In this document: positions 59,501 to 64,000 of the stretch, piece after piece
Numbering within the stretch: position 1 is the stretch's first letter
Layout of the letters: each line of letters begins with the position of its first letter
Source: a candidate division WOR-3 bacterium
GTDB taxonomy: Bacteria; Hydrothermota; Tepidihabitantia; SM23-42; JAOAFX01
Assembly (NCBI GenBank): GCA_039802265.1
Contig: JBDRWI010000003.1
Span: forward strand, 2,072 to 66,071
DNA: 64,000 nt
Direction: 5' to 3'
Notes under the pieces: model-generated
Seen by the model: only the letters and a program-made list of their open reading frames with translations
What the model was told of the DNA's origin: nothing
Database searches by the model: none
Position numbers and translations under genes: made by a program

Positions 59501-59704
59501 GATTGGATTTGAATCTATTTCTACCCAGTTGTATGTCGGACCCCCTGGTTCATAGGAATCTATCCAGTGATAGCCGAATTCATCGAAACCAGTGTGCGTT
59601 TGTCGGGGGGCCTTTAAATATACTCGCGGGATTATGCCTTTGAGGTTTTTATCCGGACCAATCGCCGGCTGGGTAATAAAAAATAGTAATATTACCTGAA
59701 TCAT
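56567..59704 (-). CDS. Secreted multidomain protein: Ig/CARDB-like + Kelch propeller + FlgD/T9SS-like tail
   Basis: DEFGYHWIDS..PGGPTYNW N-domain; V.N.G Ig-like units; Kelch IYVIGG/IYIIGG/IYLIGG/IYMVGG; PNPF...WDGKD...SGVY. ATG 59704 overlaps the upstream stop. Confidence 0.85.
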   Translation of the reverse strand: MIQVILLFFITQPAIGPDKNLKGIIPRVYLKAPRQTHTGFDEFGYHWIDSYEPGGPTYNWVEIDSNPITGDDVNIGPIPLPAPFWFYGINFDSIRICSNGWISFTSKSTSFNVPIPYVYEPNNTIAPFACDLFPGYFGYGSANYGTYNGKFIVEWDSVFGYNGDGPYKFEIILNSQDSSITFQYHSAPDWLEVPSTIGIEDGNGEVGLVAYQENITNQYAIRFYYIPPPDSNVGVVELLSPTDGNLLTPNTPVNLVLRVKNRGQSTVSFPVVCKIDSMGIEIFSDVQYVSNLPSNAKTDVIFTPWLPAEFFDYETILYTELPGDTVNRDDTLSKRLKAPGIVSDSGRWDDGVVRTGYYFHSEDDVIATEFIPPYYPCLIKYVAIYLLSKGDPNWTWPDSTPDPFEIGIWFDRTHDGIPDEPPVWCDIIKGDTIPPSWVYGIPPDSLVINYGNFWVGMRNIPCKGTEAVGIDSITDYPQYKWVRLNGVWQKQDYYDGDHIIRSYLCLGNLLEHDVRPLKIIEPDSITYTDTTIIPRVLVMNSGANAESFPVRLIITKDLSIIYDETVNIFNLSSRDTISAIFPAWLPFHIPGKYRVCAITNLVHDLDPYNDTLFKEIEVRIYEWRRIASMPEPRMAHATVYSPFNDKIYVIGGSPYYNPLLGQTNPVQNNCWEYDPLSDTWTIKTPMPYPLNFIYGAYCKRKIYIIGGFDSSYASVNKNQIYDIENNTWYEGDTFPWPYTASAARVVWNDSLIYCIGGLHNYRVHLYNPALDTFYECSNFNQQFLSGPACILNNTIYLIGGEYATLGFFLFDSIIVGDIQVSQPDSIIWGFYDTLPYPVCLSSANLYDDRIYMVGGAYGRRPHAEKLNKVWEYDPNSRQYLALPEHPMPRISGCQFMALKSDSGWFYTMGGDTDTVYWVPLLGPGFHIGTGTASCFKLIRHKLGITEKEIRNIPINKHFLSISPNPFRNSIKIKVQVSSYGNYSLKIYNVLGQKVKTIFNGEKQAGFYELFWDGKDDFNRKLPSGVYYVIYQMAQSKATAEVVLLR

Positions 59705-61896
59705 CTTATTACCACAACCTTCTTTACACAGGTCCAATCATTGGTTTCAATCATAAGGAAATAGACACCAGAACTAAACCTTTGCTTATCAATCCGCCCA
59801 GTATGAATTCCACTCTGTTTATACTCTTTCTGTCTTTCAAGAACCCTGCCTAAGATATCAATAAATGAAATCTTTACCTCTGATGGATTTTTAAGATAAT
59901 AAGTAAACTCAATATCTTCTTTAAGATTTTTAATTTGAAAATTTTCGGATGCTGGACTGGCTTTTTCTTCACTTATTCCTTCCCCATAGTATTGATAGAT
60001 ATGCAAGCCTAAAAACCACTGGGCAATATAAATATAGGAATTTTTGTAAACGACATCCACACCATAATACTCTCCCGGTGGCGCATCGTAATACCCAAGT
60101 TCAGTTATAGAATTGGGATTTGAGACATCAAGCACACTCAATAGTTTTATAATCGGTGATGATGAAGCATCCAATCTTACACCTGTGGCGATATTACCCG
60201 AAGCGTCAATGTCATAAAAATATGCTTGGGGAAGACACCCAATTAACATTGGCAAATAGGGATTTGTAACATCAATAACAAAAAGGGTATCATTACCGGC
60301 GATATAGATGCGATTGTTATCAAGGGTAAGATTCCCCTGGTTACATTCCAGAAAACTTGTCCGAAATGGATGGAGGGGGTCGTGGACATTGATGATTGAC
60401 AAACCTCCATGCTGAACTACCCCAGCCATATAAACATAGTCACCAGCCCCGGCAATATCATAAAAAGGACAAACTACCGAATCATAAGTGCTGACAACAT
60501 AAGGCATTTGGGGATTGGCAACATTTACTATTGTGAGTCCTGGTGTATGGTCTGCCACATAGACAAAACTATCCCTTGCCCAGACTCCCCATACCCCATA
60601 ACAATTGGGAATATAACACTCACCCAATTTGACAGGGTTTGTGGGAATAGAGATATCAATTACATTCAATTTGCCATTCTCAAATTCTCCACAAGTTACA
60701 TATGCATAATTTTCTCCAAGATACATCATATTTGAATTATTTTCAAAGGCTAAAGAGCCGACTTCCTGGCAATTTGCAGGGTTTGAGATATCAACAATAT
60801 TTAGCATATTCTCACTGCAGAGATATGCGTAATTGCCCCTGACAAAGACATTCCTTAAACATCCCGGTGTCTGATAATGCCCGATTTCATAAGGATTTTG
60901 GGGGTCGGTTGCATCTATTGACCGTAAGCCTCCCCATGTGTGGGAAAGGAATACATAGCCATTTAAATAGGAAACCCCTTTATAACACCATACAGTATCC
61001 GGTAATGGACACCAGCCTATTTTTATCGGTGAATGAATATCAGTAATATCATATATTCCAAATCCATAGCCATTTATACTATCATAGTCCGGAAAATAAA
61101 GGTAATTTTCATAGACCTCACAGTCTTTACCACTACCACCCATCTCGCAACAATAAACTGGATGCCCTGGTTCGGAGATATCAAAAATCATCGTGCCGCC
61201 ACCAAAAAGAAAAAAGACGAATAGATAATTACCATATATCTTTGCACCAGAAAGATTGGGAACGCCTGTGGTCTCATATATTCTATAAGGATGCGCAGGA
61301 TCAAAGATATTGATTCCCACCAACTCACCCCCAAATGTAGTGGGGGTGAATGGCATAACGCAATATGCATAATCACCTTTTACAGCAATTCCGGTGGCAG
61401 AATAACAGGGTGGCTCAAGAATATTACAACTTCCTATTTCAAAAGGTGAATATGGATTGGAAATGTCAATAATACGAAGTTTGTAGGAATCAGTAATATA
61501 TGCATAATTCCCCTTTACGAACACCTCATTTACCGAATAAATGGCATCAAGCCCACCCAAAAGAACAGGCTCGGCAGGATTCTGTAAATCATAGATTTTT
61601 AATCCAAACGACCTTTCAGCAACAAAAAGCAGATTGCTCGTGAAATAGGTGTGTGGACGGTCAGACCTGGTGATAATCTGGGATACCTTTACTGGCTGCG
61701 TCGGGTCATCAACATTTAGAATTAAAATTCCACCTCCCGCAGTTAACATAACATACCTATGCCCATTGATTAACCCCGCACTCATCTTCTGTGCAGTGCC
61801 AAATGGCCAGGCACCAAGCCAGCGCACATTCAATGAATCCTGGGCAATGAGTAAAAATGGCAATAATAATGCTACAAAAATTAACTTCGCTTTCAT
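59701..61896 (-). CDS. Secreted LVIVD-repeat beta-propeller protein with C-terminal sorting domain
   Basis: Many GNYAY...L.IIDISNP..P.EIG repeats; tail DILGR...SGVYFL...KKVVV. Confidence 0.88.
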   Translation of the reverse strand: MKAKLIFVALLLPFLLIAQDSLNVRWLGAWPFGTAQKMSAGLINGHRYVMLTAGGGILILNVDDPTQPVKVSQIITRSDRPHTYFTSNLLFVAERSFGLKIYDLQNPAEPVLLGGLDAIYSVNEVFVKGNYAYITDSYKLRIIDISNPYSPFEIGSCNILEPPCYSATGIAVKGDYAYCVMPFTPTTFGGELVGINIFDPAHPYRIYETTGVPNLSGAKIYGNYLFVFFLFGGGTMIFDISEPGHPVYCCEMGGSGKDCEVYENYLYFPDYDSINGYGFGIYDITDIHSPIKIGWCPLPDTVWCYKGVSYLNGYVFLSHTWGGLRSIDATDPQNPYEIGHYQTPGCLRNVFVRGNYAYLCSENMLNIVDISNPANCQEVGSLAFENNSNMMYLGENYAYVTCGEFENGKLNVIDISIPTNPVKLGECYIPNCYGVWGVWARDSFVYVADHTPGLTIVNVANPQMPYVVSTYDSVVCPFYDIAGAGDYVYMAGVVQHGGLSIINVHDPLHPFRTSFLECNQGNLTLDNNRIYIAGNDTLFVIDVTNPYLPMLIGCLPQAYFYDIDASGNIATGVRLDASSSPIIKLLSVLDVSNPNSITELGYYDAPPGEYYGVDVVYKNSYIYIAQWFLGLHIYQYYGEGISEEKASPASENFQIKNLKEDIEFTYYLKNPSEVKISFIDILGRVLERQKEYKQSGIHTGRIDKQRFSSGVYFLMIETNDWTCVKKVVVIR

Positions 61897-63342
61897 TTAT
61901 TGAGGTTTTATTACCTTCACAAAACCAATATTTTTCCCATTCGCCGAGAGAGAAAGAAAATAAATTGAAGGGGATAAGGCTTCTATTCTCTCATCAACAA
62001 TTGTTAAATAAGAATGTGTCTGGGTAATGGTCTTTTCAAAAACTAATGCACCAGAAAGATTGTAGAGTGCTATTCTTATCGGGGATTGAGGGGGTTGCAC
62101 AAATTTTAAGAAAATGGAATTTTTGAAAAAAATTGGGGCACTGAAATATTTATTTGCCGGTTTCGGATTTGAAACTTCCTCAACGAAATTGCCGGTGGGA
62201 TTTCTCTTATAATAAATTTCTGGATTACCATCACGTTCATCGGTCCATAAAACATGGACTTTTGTGCCAGAAACAGCAATGCTGGGGCTAAAGGAACTCC
62301 CAGGATTATTGGTGAGCCTCGTATCCGGTCCCCAGGTTGCACCATTATCACTGGAATATTTATAATAGAGGTCACCGGCGCTTTCTTCTACCCAGACGAT
62401 ATGAACATTCCAACCTGAGACAGTAATATTAGGATTGTCTGAACTTGAGGAAGTAAAGGTGAGCCTTGTATCTGGACCCCAATTTAAGCCATTATCAGTT
62501 GAGCGTTTATAATAAATCTCGTGGTTTCCATCACGCGCATCCATCCATACTACATGAACATTGTTTCCTGAGGCAGCGATTGAGGCATACCAGGAATCTT
62601 CAGTTCCCTGGGATAGTCTTATCTCCGGTTCCCAGGTTATACCATTGTCAGTTGAGCGTCTATACCTAATCTGCTCTTTACCATATCCCAAGTCTCGCCA
62701 GTCCTGCCAGACGATATGAATGTAGTTCCCGGAAACTGCGATAGAAGGGTTCCATATTACATCATATTCTGTAATTCTTACATCCGGGTCCCAGCCATAG
62801 CCATTACACGATGAATGCTTAAAACGAACCTCATCCATCCCTGTCCCCAAATCCTGGTCAACCCAGACAGCATAGACATCGTTTCCTGGTGCTACCATAG
62901 AAGGATAAGCAGAAAGACCATAGCTGTATGTGAGCCTATAATCTGGTAACCAGGTTGAACCACCATTTTCTGAGTGTTTGTAGTAAATCTCGTAATTACC
63001 CTGGCGCATATCTGTCCATAAAATATGAACGAAATTGTTTGCAAAGGCAATTGCCGGAGTCTGTGATAGTGCAGTGTCATTTGTAAGCCTTGTGTCGGCT
63101 GTCCAATTTACTCCTCCATCAAGTGAGCGCTTAAAATAGATTTCATTATTACCATCACGGCCATCAGACCAGACAGCCAGAACTGTATCTCCACTTGCGG
63201 CGATACACCAGGCGGAATTCCAGTTCAAATAGGAAACAGAATCATTATAAGTAAGTCTTGTATCAGACCCCCATTGGGCAAAAAGGGGATTCAGACAAAG
63301 AATCATCCCCAGTGGAATTATTGTTTTTATTTTGCTAAGCAT
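61897..63342 (-). CDS. Secreted BNR/Asp-box (sialidase-fold-like) repeat protein with C-terminal sorting-like domain
   Basis: Repeated VHxVW.D.RDGN.EIYYKRS.D.G..W..D.RLT units; signal peptide; YNLSGALV tail. Confidence 0.88.
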   Translation of the reverse strand: MLSKIKTIIPLGMILCLNPLFAQWGSDTRLTYNDSVSYLNWNSAWCIAASGDTVLAVWSDGRDGNNEIYFKRSLDGGVNWTADTRLTNDTALSQTPAIAFANNFVHILWTDMRQGNYEIYYKHSENGGSTWLPDYRLTYSYGLSAYPSMVAPGNDVYAVWVDQDLGTGMDEVRFKHSSCNGYGWDPDVRITEYDVIWNPSIAVSGNYIHIVWQDWRDLGYGKEQIRYRRSTDNGITWEPEIRLSQGTEDSWYASIAASGNNVHVVWMDARDGNHEIYYKRSTDNGLNWGPDTRLTFTSSSSDNPNITVSGWNVHIVWVEESAGDLYYKYSSDNGATWGPDTRLTNNPGSSFSPSIAVSGTKVHVLWTDERDGNPEIYYKRNPTGNFVEEVSNPKPANKYFSAPIFFKNSIFLKFVQPPQSPIRIALYNLSGALVFEKTITQTHSYLTIVDERIEALSPSIYFLSLSANGKNIGFVKVIKPQ

Positions 63343-63352
63343 ATTAACCTCC

Positions 63353-63383
63353 TTGGCGGGGGTGGATTTTCCACCCCCGCCAA
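63353..63383 (-). other. Perfect 14 bp GC-rich intercistronic hairpin abutting an RBS
   Basis: TTGGCGGGGGTGGA-ttt-TCCACCCCCGCCAA; on the minus strand it is followed directly by GGAGGTTAATATG, with no U tract. Confidence 0.75.
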
Positions 63384-63389
63384 ATGCTG

Positions 63390-64000
63390 TTACTCAAGCA
63401 CAATGAGTTTTTTAACTATGCTCTTTTCCGGCGTCTCCAACCTGATGAAATAAATACCACTTGCAACACCTCTATTGTTAGAATCGTCGTTATTCCAATT
63501 TATAGTATAGAACCCAGCCGACTGTTTACTATGTTCAATTGTTTGGATTAACTGTCCTAATGAGTTATAAACCGATAACTTTACTTCGCAAGGAGACGGA
63601 AGGGTATAGGTTATCAAAGTGCGATTTCTTGATGGATTTGGGAAGCAATTTAAGGTAATAACAGAAGGAATTTCTGCTACTGTTAGAGACTGTGGTCCTC
63701 CGCCTTGACCTTTTGGCTCACGCTCAAGCACAATAGCGCTCAAGACTGCAAGTTCACCCTGGGTTACTTCTACCGTAACTGTAATCTCGCCATCCATCAG
63801 GAATGCCTCAGGGATTATGCCTTCAATTTGTGTTACCTGATATGGATAGACCCATTCATTCCTGGTCCAGCCATCGTCTATTCTTATTCGCTCTTTCCAT
63901 TTATCAGCGCCTTCGTGATAGAGAATGAATTTTACTGTCCATTTATCACTGCCTTCAAGACCAGTAATGTGGTAAATGAGTTTATTGCTATCAAAGTCCA
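63390..64000 (-). CDS. 3' end of a secreted protein with FlgD/T9SS-like tail; 5' part lies beyond the window
   Basis: The frame is open from 63998 (DFDSNKLIYHITG...) to the stop; GGGPQS linker, FPNP, YNSLGQ, SGIYFIRL and KKLIVLE. Confidence 0.85.
   Translation of the reverse strand, partial: DFDSNKLIYHITGLEGSDKWTVKFILYHEGADKWKERIRIDDGWTRNEWVYPYQVTQIEGIIPEAFLMDGEITVTVEVTQGELAVLSAIVLEREPKGQGGGPQSLTVAEIPSVITLNCFPNPSRNRTLITYTLPSPCEVKLSVYNSLGQLIQTIEHSKQSAGFYTINWNNDDSNNRGVASGIYFIRLETPEKSIVKKLIVLE

Noticed and set aside
61897-63342. DNA tandem repeat array or DGR-like repeats
   Set aside because: The similarity reflects degenerate protein propeller repeats; no reverse transcriptase or adenine-specific TR/VR pair was seen.

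Overview
Low-GC bacterial chromosome window. Gene content and the many secreted proteins with T9SS-type-A/FlgD-like C-terminal tails suggest an FCB-group candidate lineage such as WOR-3 (inference, not verified). It is mostly housekeeping: efp-like, acyP, suhB, tRNA-Lys(UUU), tal, degP, thi4, pyrR-pyrB-pyrC, pth, ppdK, rho, rpmE and prfB with its +1 frameshift. It also holds a DUF2089/SHOCT/DUF4097 envelope operon, a cluster of large secreted beta-propeller proteins and three patches of short palindromic repeats. No CRISPR array, transposase, integrase or prophage was seen. The best candidate for an undescribed system is the operon at 4190-11982: Roadblock/MglB, a protein with two tandem DnaA-type AAA+ domains and no DNA-binding domain, a DUF4388-MshEN-TPR protein with two c-di-GMP-binding consensus motifs, catalytically intact CheR, CheD and CheB, and a TPR protein, with no chemoreceptor, CheA, CheW or CheY in the window. 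Other notable items are a NUDIX-PanD fusion, an EF-P with a non-canonical tip loop, recurrent apparently leaderless promoters, a TPR/BTAD regulator beside an adaptor-plus-fibre gene pair, and a COG2403 (ArcE-like) gene upstream of ppdK. All family calls come from motif recognition by eye, not from database searches.
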